A stretch of DNA of 64,000 bases from Octopus sinensis (GCF_006345805.1 NC_042997.1:86986001-87050000); one strand, 5' to 3'; shown: positions 34,801 through 46,917, counted from the first letter of the stretch. A program made the numbers and translations. Notes: generated from the sequence alone by a model not told the origin.

Positions 34801-35308
34801 GAGATCCCTGGCCTGGCGGTGCTACCGAGAAGCGCTACCCGTTCGGGATAAGCTCTATAGGCATGGCTCGAGAAACACGGGGCCGACCTGCCCGAGATGC
34901 GGTCAGAGCGACGAAACCGCTCTGCACGCAATCATGCAGTGTCCAGCAATTTCCCACCTGTGGGCTTATGTCGAACGACTGCTGTCACGTGTGGGACGTG
35001 TCGGTTTATCAGACGAGTCTATCGTTAATATTGTCACACCTCCTTCCTTCAAACGGGAAGGAAGAGCTATTTTTATCATACTTGTGGCTATGGCGAAAGA
35101 ATGTATCTGGTGGACGCGCCTGAAAGGATTAGAGACAAATACTTTCCTCTCTGGTCAATCTCTCATCAACTTCTTCAAGTATCACTTGAAGAAAAAAGTG
35201 AGAGTAGAGAAGCAAGTTTTGTCTAGTGAATGTTTTAAAAAAAGATGGGTGAATGTAGCAAGGATGGCACGTATGAATGACGAAGCCACCTTGACTATGA
35301 TTCTATGA
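31890..35308 (+). pseudogene. Tx1 ORF2 (APE endonuclease, reverse transcriptase, C-terminal Zn) with many 1-2 nt frameshifts
   Basis: MVKIGCVNARGL, VYAP, VGDWN, YTDH, GPGYWKLN, GLDGLPYEFY, NFRPITLL, DQSKAFDRVDH, SVRQGCPLS, YADD, LPVRDKL..CPRC..H..C. Confidence 0.97.
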
Positions 35309-35706
35309 ACCGTAAAAATTAATACAGAGAGTTGCTTATTTGCAAAAAAAAAAAAAAAAAAAGAAATATAACATGTGACTTCATTGACCGAGGTTACCGT
35401 GGTCTTTTCCGTAGGCTTTTCTTTCCACGGGTAAACCTCACCTGTCCTCCCCTTTACACTTCATATTGACATTTCTGTGATAACGATCCCTATTGATCAA
35501 TTTTTTTCCCTCTCCCCCTTTTTTTTAACCCCACCCTTTTTTTGTCCTCTTTCTCTCCTTTTACGATCCCTTTTGATCGAGCCCCCCTTTTTAATTTTTT
35601 TAAAATTTTTATTTTTATTTTTTATTTTTTTTTACCTTCAAAAGAAAAGCTCTACCTTGTAACTTGTTCTATCTGTGTGCAGCCCTGTGTGGCTAATAAA
35701 GAAACA

Positions 35707-35768
<62 letters not shown>

Positions 35769-35775
35769 ATTGTCC

Positions 35776-35827
<52 letters not shown>

Positions 35828-35844
35828 GTCTGTCTGTCGGTATG

Positions 35845-35888
<44 letters not shown>

Positions 35889-35895
35889 ATTATTC

Positions 35896-35971
<76 letters not shown>

Positions 35972-36325
35972 GTCCATATATATATATATATATATATTAC
36001 TCAAAGAAATTCCAACTTTGATTTTCACGTTTTAGTTACAATCTTATAATAATATAATATAATATAATATAATGAAATGATAGAATATTAAATGTCCATT
36101 CTGACTGAACTGATTGGTGGTGGTATCGGCGGTGGTGGTGGTGGTGGTGATAGGAGTAGCTGTGGTAATAGAACTTTAAACCCCAAAATAAGATTATTTT
36201 TACTGACTTTTCTCTTGACTTAGCTAGTATTTTCCTGCTATCGTCTTTATGAGTACCTTTAGTATTGTTGTTGCTGTTAGTGGAAGTGGTCGTAGCAGTA
36301 AAAATAGTATCTCTAAGAATTAGTA

Positions 36326-36990
36326 TTATTGTTTATTTAGCTTAGGTTGGAATTTATTTATAAAGTTCTTTTCTCTGATTTTTCTCTCAATTTCACTTGG
36401 ACTGTGTAGTTTGTAGAATGGAAATGTTATAAATATTTTCCGACCGCATGTTGCTAGATGGTTACTCAAAGGTATCTGACAGACATCTGGGTCTCTAATT
36501 TGCTGTTGGTGTACACGAGAACGTTCTGATAATTCATTTCCTGTCTGACCTACATATAGTTCTTCACAATTCGAGTATTTGATGCAGTAAATTAAATTTC
36601 TGCTTTTGCCGTTCATGTTTATGTTTGTGAATATTTTTCCGGGTTTCATGTTCATATATTAGCCGGTATGTATGAATTGTCATGTACCGCATCGGCTATC
36701 ATTTCATTTAGGTACAGTGAATGATTGGTCTTTGTTGCTAAGGTCAACTTTTGCCTTTGTTAATAATTTTCTCAAGTTTTTATGCTGTATTTTACTAAGA
36801 ACCATAGCTTGATCTGTGATTATATCTTTTAATTCATTACTTTGAGCAACGATCGGCAGGTTTGTTAGGCAATGTTGAAGATATTCTGGTGACATGGCTT
36901 GTGTGTCACTATAAATAGTATTACTTGTTCCTGTTTTCCTCTTCTTTGTTCAAATTTCATAAATAGAAAGCCTTTTAAGCAATTTGTTAT
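36326..36990 (-). mobile_element. Penelope-like element: linker and GIY-YIG endonuclease relic
   Basis: NLIYCIKY..C..LYVGQT..L..R..VH (GIY-YIG), terminal ..IREKNFINKFQPKLN; upstream SKIQHKNLRKLLTKAK and SRCGTC. Confidence 0.92.
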
Positions 36991-37545
36991 GTGTATCAGT
37001 ACTTCCTAAAAATTTCTCACGTTAGTGGTAAGAAAAAAAATCAACAAATGCTTATCATAAACAAAATGTTCGTAAACAAAGCAAAGTGCTAAAGATAAAT
37101 ATTTAATGTCCACATGGACGTTGCAAACTTCATGTCAATTGCTATTTAAACCTGACTTGCACATTCCTCTCAAGATTAATCATGTGCCTGAAAATATTAA
37201 CAGATTCTGCTACACATACGTAGGAGAATTTCATTTCGCTATTTTATGAATAACTGAAGGAGCCTGTATGTAATTTTCCAATATGCCAGATTAGATAAAT
37301 CTATTAAAATATTTCAATCTGAAATGGACTAATCTTCTTTATTGCAGGTAGTACCATCAGCTCCAGCACAAGAAAATTGGCAAAAGGGTGGTTAATAAAA
37401 GTTAATAATAATGAATTAAAGTGAGTTCATTTTCTGAGAAGTGAAATATTCAGACACTTGTTTTTTCCTCTCATACACATACATACATACATACATACAT
37501 ACATACATACATACATACATACATACATACATACATACATACATG

Positions 37546-37990
37546 CAAATACGGATGTTGACATAAGGCTTTAAAAGAAAACATCTACGCTAAAATCTAC
37601 AGTTACTCTACTCAGATTATAAGTTCAGGCGTATACCAGTAATTATTGGGGCAATAGGATATGCAACAAACTGCCTAACCTTAAAAAATTAGGCTTCTCA
37701 AATCTAAAAAGGAGAAAGCTGATTCGAAGACTAGAGATCCAAGCCATCACTGGAACCATAAAAAATTGTCCATCTACGCTAAAATCTACAGTTACTCTAC
37801 TCAGATTATAAGTTCAGGCGTATACCAGTAATTATTGGGCCAATAGGATATGCAACAAACTGCCTAACCTTAAAAAATTAGGCTTCTCAAATCTAAAAAG
37901 GAGAAAGCTGATTCGAAGACTAGAGATCCAAGCCATCACTGGAACCGTAAAAATTTGTCAAATTTTCCGGAAGTTTACCATTTAAGTGTA
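37546..37990 (+). mobile_element. RLE LINE 3'-end fragment with a 189-bp internal tandem duplication
   Basis: LQLLYSDYKFRRIPVIIGAIGY..LIRRLEIQAITGTVKIC, related to the 3170-3790 relic. Duplicated units are 37582-37770 and 37771-37959. Confidence 0.8.
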
Positions 37991-38255
37991 TATATGCGCA
38001 TGTCTAGACATGCAACAAGACATACAAATCTGTGCCTGAAGATATACACACATACATACAAAAATACTCTGTTGATGTTAATATTTCAATGAAGATGCCA
38101 TGGATCTAGGTTAGAAACAGGTTCTTTCTCTTTTGGCTAGAAATCTTGAAATAAAACTGAATAATGACATAAATACACATAAATACATTTTCAAATACAT
38201 ATACACGTACATATATATAAATAAATAAACACGTAGTACGTACATACATACATAC

Positions 38256-38434
38256 AGGAGTGGTAAGCAGCTTGCTTACCAACCACATGGTTCCGGGTTC
38301 AGTCCCACTGCGTGGCACCTTGGGTAAGTGTCTCCTACTATAGCCTCGGGCCGACCAAAGCCTTGTGAGTGGATTTGGTAGACGGAAACTGAAAGAAGCC
38401 CGTCGTATATATGTATATGTATGTATGTATATAT

Positions 38435-38509
<75 letters not shown>

Positions 38510-38754
38510 ATGTGTGTGTCTGTATGTGTGTGTGTGTGTGTGTGTATGTGTGTGTGTGTGTGTGTTTGTCCCCCCAAATCGCTTGACAACCGATGCTGGT
38601 GTGTTTACGTCCCCGTAACTTAGCGGTTCGGCAAAAGAGCCCGATAGAATAAGTACTAGGCTTTCAAAGAATAAGTCCTGGGGTCGATTTGCTCGACTAA
38701 AGGCGTTGCTCCAGCATGGTCACAGTCAAATGACTGAAACAAGTAAAAGAGTAA
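38256..38754 (+). mobile_element. Family E SINE, best-preserved copy, internal (TA)n/(TG)n
   Basis: GGTTCAGTCCC B box, GCACCTTGGGTAAGTGTC (CORE-like), internal microsatellite, full tail to GAAACAAGTAAAAGAG. Confidence 0.92.
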
Positions 38755-39436
38755 TTGATTATGCACTACACAGCTGTATCTATGTATTCGTACAAAAAAT
38801 ATAGCCAAACGTAATCATCTCCCTGCCACAATCGTTGAATTATGAATCCTTATAATCTGAAGTACTTATAATTCAGTTCGGTCTGCTGGCGAGAGTTTGT
38901 ATATAAATTCTTTCACAGTTAAGGAACGTGTAATTCGTTTGATGCCAAGAGTAAATTTTCTCCTCCGTCTTTCTAGGGTTGCGAAGTTTTAATAGTCACA
39001 TCTGTACAGAACAGGTGCATCGCCTGAAAATTGAGTGTCTGCTCTGGTGACCTGCTTATATATGTTAGTATTTTGTTTTTTGCTTTTGCGCTCTTAATCT
39101 CTACTTAATCCAGTTTTTTTTTCTTTCGCAACTTAGAATGTGCGATAGACTGAGTGATAGCTAGATGGAAGAGTAGATAAATGGATAGGGAAAAATAAAC
39201 GGATAAATAAATATTTATGCAGGCAGAAAGATACATCTAGCTAACTGTCAGCTACCTGTTTATCTTTTAGATAGACAGGTATCTGAATAGACGGATGAAT
39301 TAAAAACATAGCTGGACATACATGAATTACTGTTGGATAATTAGATGTCCAAGTGAGAAGTTAACAGCATCAGCGTCACCGATCTAATAGCATCAGTCAC
39401 ACCGAAGACTAAGGGCAAAAAAGTTTTCCCCTCGAT

Positions 39437-39610
39437 TAGGGATTCTCAACCGGGGTCCATACAAGATTTTGTCATGTGCAATAAATTGGTTATACTTTGA
39501 CAATACACAAGACATTTTAACAATTCCCATTAATATTTAATCATTTGTTAAAATGCTAAATGGTTATGGGGGTCCGTCCAAGAGACAGAAGAATGAAGGG
39601 GTCCATAGGA
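39437..39610 (+). mobile_element. hAT-type MITE left end (truncated)
   Basis: TAGGGATTCTCAACCGGGGTCCAT resembles the TIR at 41461; no right TIR found. Confidence 0.45.
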
Positions 39611-39801
39611 AAAGAATATATAAAAATTGTATAGACAATAGAAGGGAGTAGGGGTAGTGCTGGATAGGGGTATTTATTGACAGAGTATAAATAAGAAAAG
39701 CAAAAGATGTAAATACAAAGCAAATATGGGAGAGAGATAGAGAACTTAAGGAACGTGTGTGTGTGTGAGTGTGCGTGCATACATATGTATGTAAAGATTG
39801 G

Positions 39802-39966
39802 TTGTTGTGGCAAGTAGCTTGGTTACCAACCACAAGGTTCCAGGTTCAGTCCCACTGCGTGACACCTTAGGTAAGTGTCTTCTACTATAGCCTCAGACCG
39901 ACCAAAGCCTTGTGCGTGGATTTGCTAGACGAAAACTGAAAGAAACCCGTCGTATGTATATGTGTG

Positions 39967-40048
<82 letters not shown>

Positions 40049-40270
40049 ATGTTTGAGTGTCTGTGTTTGTCCGCCTACCATAGCTTGACAACCGATGCTG
40101 GCGTATTTACGTCCCCGTAACTTAGAGGTCCGGCAAAAGACTGATAGAATAAGTACCGTTCTTTAAAAAGGTACTAGTGTTAATTCATTCGAATAAAAAT
40201 TCTTCAAGGACGCGCACCAGTATTGCTGCAGTCCAATGACTGATACAAATGAAAAATTAAAGATAAAAAG
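39802..40270 (+). mobile_element. Family E SINE, internal (TG)n
   Basis: Same head and tail as 38256, with a distinct tail subvariant. Confidence 0.9.
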
Positions 40271-40290
40271 TATATACATACATACATACA

Positions 40291-40414
<124 letters not shown>

Positions 40415-40981
40415 GTATATATATACGTATAGATGTATGTACACATACGTATGTATACACACACACACACACATATATATACAAGGAAAGAGAGAAAGTG
40501 AGAAAGAGAGTGAGAGAGAGAGGTTGATAAATAGATAGATAGATAGACAGATAGATAGATAGAGAGAGAGAGAGAGGTTAATAGATAGATAAGATACGAT
40601 TAGATAAAAATAAACAAAGCAAAAAAGTAAAATATAAAAAAAAAGAAAAAAATTCATTATATTTTCTTATAGTATAAGAACCAGCATGTGTCAGTCGTAA
40701 TTCTGTTTTTATAGTTTTATGTTGTTTCTGACAAGTGGTTAATGTTATAGTAATTGAAGTACTGACACTAAGACGATAATAGTAGGTGGTTGGTAGTAGT
40801 GGATGGATGTGGTAGCATTATTGGTGATGCTGATGCTGATGATAAATTTGTTGGTAGCGATGGCACTAGAGCAGTAAAAGAGTGGTTGTCGTGGCGGTAG
40901 CATGGGGGTGATGTTATCACTTTGCCTGTCCTGTATATCATGTGATACATAGAACATATTTCCATGGGGTCCATACATCAT

Positions 40982-41398
40982 ATATTCTTTTATTCTTTTA
41001 CTTGTTTCAGTCATTTGACTGCAGCCATGGATGAACACTACATTTTGTCGAAGAAATCGATCCGAGGACTTATTCTTTGTAAGCCTAGTACTTATTCGAT
41101 AGGTCTCTTTTGTCGAACCGATAAGTTACGGGGACGTGAACACACCAATATCGGTTGTCAAGTGATGGCGTGGGGACAAACACAGACACACATATAAATA
41201 CACACACATACACACAAACACACACACACATACATAAGACATACATACATATACGATGGGCTTCTTTCAGTTTCCGTCTACGAACTCCACTCACAAGGCT
41301 TTGGTCAATCCGAATCTATAGTATAAGACACTTCCCCAAGGTGCCACGCACTGGGACTGAACCCGTGTGGTTAGGAAGCAAGCTTTTTACCACATAGC
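40982..41398 (-). mobile_element. Family E SINE, full length
   Basis: Reverse complement of the 38256 architecture. Confidence 0.9.
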
Positions 41399-41460
41399 AA
41401 CTTGGGACTTATGAAAGGAAAGCTTTATATTACTCAGAACGCATGATACAAAGGCTAACT

Positions 41461-41970
41461 CTGGGGTTCTCAACCACTTTTAGCTATGAACTCCCTTGAT
41501 TACTATTCTATTCTGATAGACCCCCATAGCCATTCGATGTTTTAAAACTAGTTTCATAGATTGTTCTTTCGAAGTTCCTATTTTGTTTTTTTTTTACACA
41601 TTAACGTGTGTAGGTTGAACTATGTAAAATACAGAAAGAAACCTTGCTGTTTCTTGCAATACACACCAATATATATATGTAAAGCAATTTTTTTTTCAGA
41701 GGGCCCTTAAAATACTATTGTGGATTTCCAATTTACTATTTGGTTGCATGGACCCCTAAAAATCTGATTTGAATCGGCAGGGGCCATATGGACTCCGGTT
41801 GAAACTTAGGTGCTTCCTGCAATACATATCAACACACATCTAAAGCAAAATTTTTCCAGGAGCCCTTAAAATACTATTGTGGATCTCCAATTTACTATTT
41901 TGTTACACGGACTCCCAAAAATCTTAAATTGACCCTCAGGGGCCATACGGACCCTGGTTAGGAACCACTG
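41461..41970. mobile_element. hAT-superfamily MITE with 8-bp TSD
   Basis: TIRs CTGGGGTTCTCAACC and GGTTAGGAACCACTG; flanks GGCTAACT (41453-41460) and GGCTAACC (41971-41978); internal ~165-bp duplication. Confidence 0.85.
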
Positions 41971-42317
41971 GGCTAACCTAAAGTCTGAAAACAAGCTTAG
42001 ATGTTTAGGAAATACTTATGAAAATACTTTGGACAGGCAAAGGCTAAATAGAAGCGGTATTACTAATGGTGATGCTGGTGGTGGTGGTGGTGTGTTGAGT
42101 GCCAAAGAATAGCGAGTTTTTTTCTCTTATTAGTGCGCTGGCTAACAGCGAGACCTACTGATGAGAACTAAGGGAAATATTTCAAAGTTCGAAATTACGT
42201 GATACAAGTATATCTGTGATCCTCATTTACGACTTCAGCCGCAATGATAAGTTAAATTTTGCTCATCCCTCGACTTTTCTCAGACTGTTGTATTCTCAGT
42301 GAAATGGTGGCTTATTT

Positions 42318-42372
<55 letters not shown>

Positions 42373-42378
<6 letters not shown>

Positions 42379-42701
42379 GCACTCCGTCGGGTACGACGGC
42401 GAGGGTTCCAGTTGATACGATCAACGGAACAGCTTGCTCGTAAAATTAACGTGGAAGTTGCTGAGCACTCCTCAGCCACGCATACCATTAACGTAGTTCA
42501 CTGGTAACCTCAGCGTGACACAGAATGTGACAAGGCTGCTCCATTTGAAATACAGGTGCTACTCATGTTTGCCAGCTGAGTGGACTGAAGCAACGTGAAA
42601 TAAAGTGTCTTGCTCAAGGGCAAAACGCGTCGCCGGGAATTGAACTCACGACCTTATGATCGTGAGCCGAATGCCCTAACCACTAAGCCACGCGCCTTCA
42701 C
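42373..42701 (-). mobile_element. tRNA-derived SINE (head C + body Y + tail W)
   Basis: Minus strand GGCTTAGTGG (A box) and GAGTTCAATTCC (B box); body shared with 27149. Confidence 0.88.
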
Positions 42702-43159
42702 ATATGTGTGTATGTTTGTGCGTGTGTGTTTGAGTCTTTATTTGTCCCTCATACCGCTTGACAACCGATGTTTGCGTCCCTGTAATTTAACGGTTCAGCA
42801 AAGTAGATTAATGAAGAAAGATGTATTTTCCCCATGACCACCACGCCCTTCTCACAGTTATTGCATATTCAGGACTACGTTCATTATCCAATGTGTTCCA
42901 TCCTTTTCAAGATGGTAGTTTTTAAAATTTATTCTTCTATTCTTTTTCTGCCCCCATTCGTAGGTTTAGTTGATCAAATTGACTTCACTATTTGTCGAAC
43001 CGCTTTGTTATGTTATGTTTCGAACGCAGGATTTTAAGTGGTGTAAACGTAAACACAGATACAATCACACGCAAGAACACGCTCACATACACACATACAT
43101 ACGTACATATACATATATTCATACGTATATACAAATATAAATAAATATATGTGTGCGTG

Positions 43160-43225
<66 letters not shown>

Positions 43226-43383
43226 GCGTATAAGAAGGATTGACCACTAAGTGGACATCCAATATGCTAGAAATAGATCACCAACGATCTAACCACAAAC
43301 AAAAGAATGTTCTCTAGAAAAATTCAGCAAGCACCAGCGCATAAGCGGGTAAGACAAATAAAGATATACAAAATAAAGAATTA

Positions 43384-43450
43384 ATCGTCGACCGATTTCG
43401 CCATTAACGACTTTACTTACGTAACAACGCCCGTGGCTCTTCAGTACGAC
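43384..43450 (-). ncRNA. Type I hammerhead ribozyme motif with canonical core
   Basis: Minus strand: GTCGTA-CTGAAGA-GCCA/30 nt/TGGC-GAAA-TCGG-TC-GACGAT, with G10.1-C11.1 and a GUC site at 43390, then a ~150-nt T-rich tail to ~43235. Confidence 0.8.
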
Positions 43451-43534
43451 CGTTCTAATTCAGTATAATTGAAGAACTATACACAGATTATCCTCATGAA
43501 ATTAGATATGTTTCAAGTTCTAACGATTACAGTC

Positions 43535-44066
43535 GATCCCAGTACTTGACTGGTATTTTATCGATTCCGAGAGGTCGAAAGGCAAAATCAACTTTGGTGA
43601 GATTTGAACTCAGGTCGTTAAGCATCGGAAGAAATGCTACTAAATGCTTCTTCAAACTCACAGCCTAATATCGTTCAATAATATTATGCGTTTCGTACTT
43701 TTATATTTGCTTTTCTTTTCGGTGGAGAGAAAATGTGAACACTTCGTACTTTAATAGCTGAACCTCCATAAGATTCCTCTGGCTACACTATTATTGCTGT
43801 TGAAATAAATACTTTGTTAGTTGACTTTTTTCTCCCCAACACTTCTGTCATTGGTTTCAAATTTTGCTACGAGACCAGCAATTTCGGGGAAGCGGTTAAG
43901 TCGATTACATCGGTCCCATTATTCAACTGATGCTTATTTTATCGACTCCGAAAGGATGAAAAGCAAATTCGACCTCGGTGGAATTTGAAACCAGAACGTA
44001 AAGACGGACGAAATGACGCTAAGCATTTGCCCGTTGTGCTAATGATTCTGCCAGTTCGCTGCCTTA
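43535..44066 (-). mobile_element. Two family D SINE copies (~43535-43665 and 43851-44066)
   Basis: TTTTATCGA.TCCGA.AGG..GAAA.GCAAA.TC.AC.T.GGTG.ATTTGAA occurs in both; the second includes the head ending AATGATTCTGCCAG. Confidence 0.82.
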
Positions 44067-44269
44067 AACACTTCTATCGTTAACAGCCTGAACTATTCGT
44101 GAATTAAATATGTTTTGAAATGAGCATAAAAAAAATAAAACAAAACACAAATCTCAGTTAAATCCTACATTTCTGTTTTAACGAGAGAAAGATGAGTGTG
44201 GCAAAACACAAAAAAAGACAGGATGATCACGGGTGGAATGCTCTTTTTTTTTATAATGGGCCAGACCAT

Positions 44270-44390
44270 TTCATCAACGAACAACATCATCACCACTAAT
44301 TCCATCACTACCACACATACACCAACCATTAGCATTACGTCGTCATTATCGTCATCGTTATTATCGTTGTTATCGTTGTCGTCGGTTACC

Positions 44391-44424
<34 letters not shown>

Positions 44425-44625
44425 TCGTCATCGTCGTCGTCATCATCATCACCATCATAATCACTATACTGTTATCAACTATTGTGACCACCACCAACAC
44501 CAACACCACGACTACCATCACCACAACTACCACAACCACCCACATTACCGTCATCATTGTGCTGGTAATGGTGGTGGTGATGGTGGTGGTGGTGGTGATG
44601 ATGGGGGTGGTGGTGGTGGTGGTGG

Positions 44626-44656
<31 letters not shown>

Positions 44657-44745
44657 GCTGGTGGTGATTGTGATGGTGATGTTGGTAGTGATGAAGGTCG
44701 TCGTCGTCGCTGTCGTCATTATTATCATCAGTATTATCATCGAAC
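44270..44745. repeat. Compound trinucleotide tract, (CAC/CAT)n followed by (GTG/GAT)n
   Basis: Direct reading. It generates the spurious His/Thr/Val-rich ORFs in the track. Confidence 0.95.
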
Positions 44746-45093
44746 GATAATGTTAAGGACACAAGGTGGACAAGAAGAAAAGTTGTCCTTTCGGGTTAAC
44801 TGGCTGGTTAGCTGTTTAGGTGGTTAGTTGGCTTGTTATTTGACTGACTGATTGACTGGCTGTCTGTGTTGCCTGGCTGGCTGGCAGCCAGATTGGTTAT
44901 AAGGTTTTCTGTGTCTCTATCGATATCACCTGTTTCACTGTCTTAAGTCACCCAGTGTCTAAACTAAACAACGAAACAGGCAACAGATGTCTCTGCTACT
45001 TCCTCAACAATTCACCTCTCACCCTACCTTTAGCACAAATCTACAGCAAATAAGAAAATGATCACATAGTTCTGACTAGTGCACTAGCACCCG

Positions 45094-45094
<1 letters not shown>

Positions 45095-45124
<30 letters not shown>

Positions 45125-45194
45125 CTTCTTCTTCTTCTTCTTCTTCTTCTTCTTCTTCTTCTTCTTCTTCTTCTTCTTCTACTTCTTCTTCTTC

Positions 45195-45226
<32 letters not shown>

Positions 45227-45270
45227 CTTCTTCTTCTTCCTCCTTCTCCTCCTCCTCCTCCTCCTCTTTT
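45095..45270. repeat. (CTT)n/(CCT)n polypyrimidine tract
   Basis: Direct reading. Confidence 0.97.
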
Positions 45271-45839
45271 TCTTCTTTTGTCTCCTCTCCGCCTCTTCAA
45301 ATTCTTTCTCATCACCACCACCTCCAACAAAAAAAAATAAGAACAACAACACCATCCTTATCATCATAATCTTCTTCTTCCTTCTCCTCCCCCTTCTCCT
45401 TTAGCTTCATCGGCTTCGTTGTCGTTGTTGCCGCATACAATTATCATTTAAGAACTAGCTAGTTCAGCAGATCAAACAACTGGAACAGTCATCGTTAAAA
45501 CTGACCGAGGTCCATTGGCTTTAGCTTTTGACTTTATTCTTTATAATGATGCTATAAAGGTGTTACCGGGCGTAGTGGTACAGGAGATGAAAGTAGTGGC
45601 TTGGTTGATGGTGATAAATTTGTTGTTAGTAGTGGTGGTGATTAGCAAACACACCAACGTTAAACGCATTTCTGACAATTCATATACAGCGATATATGTC
45701 ATATGTCCTTGCATATTTTTGGAAAAAAACTATTCAAAAACTATCACCTTGTTTTATTAATCAAAATTGTACAGAACAAACTTATAAGTGTTTTACATGG
45801 ATCAAAACAATGATGAATATAGTCATTTTTAACATGTAG

Positions 45840-46131
45840 TGAAGCCGCATGGCTCAGTGGTTAGAGCGAGGTTGTGAGTTCGAATCCCGGACTGGGCTGC
45901 GTGTTGTGTTCTTGAGCAAGACACTATATTTCACGTTGCTCCAGTTTACTCAGCTGTAGAAATGAGTTGCGACGTCACAGGTGCCAAGCTGTATCGGCCT
46001 TTGCCTTGCACTTGGATAACACTGGTGGCGTGGAGAGGCCGGTATGCATAAACAACCTTGCCCGGACTTGTGCTTGGGAGGGTAACTTTCTAGGTGCAAT
46101 CCTACGGTCAGTCATGACCGAAGGGGGTCTC
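45840..46131 (+). mobile_element. tRNA-derived SINE (head C + tail Z)
   Basis: TGGCTCAGTGG (A box), GAGTTCGAATCCC (B box); tail shared with 27149. Confidence 0.88.
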
Positions 46132-46306
46132 AGCATGGTAGATTTTAGCGTGATTATGCTAATCATTGTTTATTTCGCCTTCGAAGAACGACTTTCCTTT
46201 GACGATTTGCGCTGATAATACACACGGTTCAATGATGTGATCTGAGAGTAGCTTTGACGAAAGAAACACAACCAGGTCGAAATACAGGCATCTCAAAGTC
46301 AACCCC

Positions 46307-46380
46307 CTATGTTATTGAATCGTATCTGTTGTCAGCATCCATATCATCCGAAGAAAAAAGTTGTACTGATTTTCTAACAC
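46307..46380 (-). CDS. Candidate terminal coding exon of an unknown gene (GVRKSVQLFSSDDMDADNRYDSIT*)
   Basis: Phase-compatible with the two upstream candidate microexons; the acceptor (TTTAAG) is weak. Confidence 0.25.
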
Positions 46381-46665
46381 CTTAAATCATATCTTTAAAA
46401 TCATAACTTGCATCGTTTATGTAGTGTAAAGGCTCATCTTAAGTAATTTATGTATATTTCTGTCCATGGAATAATGATATGTTTATGTTTAACATGATGC
46501 GATAGATTTCACCATGGCTACGATTACAGATGTTATATTTCACCTTCGGATAACAACTTCTCCTTTCAGACAATGTGTGTGTTGACAATATACATAATTC
46601 AATAACGTAAGAAGACTTTGAAACACTGACGATCCCACTTGATTGCTTCTCTTTAGTCAACGTAC

Positions 46666-46683
46666 CTCCTGGCATCACTGAAT
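46666..46683 (-). CDS. Candidate 18-nt phase-1 microexon (YSVMPG)
   Basis: GTTTAG|ATTCAGTGATGCCAGGAG|GTACGT. Confidence 0.3.
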
Positions 46684-46887
46684 CTAAACGCCATTGAATC
46701 ATGTGTGGTGTCAATACATATTGTATGAAGAAAGAAGCTGTTCTCCCATGGTGAATATTAAAATATTAAAATATTCGCGTTGAAATCTGCCTAAAAGTGT
46801 TAAGAATGATTCTACTCATCATTGTTTTGATTCTGGCTGTTGTACGTCTCATAATAATTTATTATCTTCATAGAGTGCTTTACATAC

Positions 46888-46917
46888 AATCTTCATCGTT
46901 TCCTGGTTTGGGTGAAT
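46888..46917 (-). CDS. Candidate 30-nt phase-1 microexon (xSPKPGNDED)
   Basis: TTTTACAG|ATTCACCCAAACCAGGAAACGATGAAGATT|GTATGT. Confidence 0.35.

Larger units (their letters stand above)
29537..35707 (+). mobile_element. Near full-length Tx1/L1-clade LINE between (ATCT)n tracts (5' boundary approximate)
   Basis: ORF1 remnant, ORF2 from ATG 31890 to TGA 35308, and a 3' UTR ending GCTAATAAAGAAACAT + (ATCT)n. An (ATCT)n tract also lies immediately upstream (~29330-29535). Confidence 0.9.
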
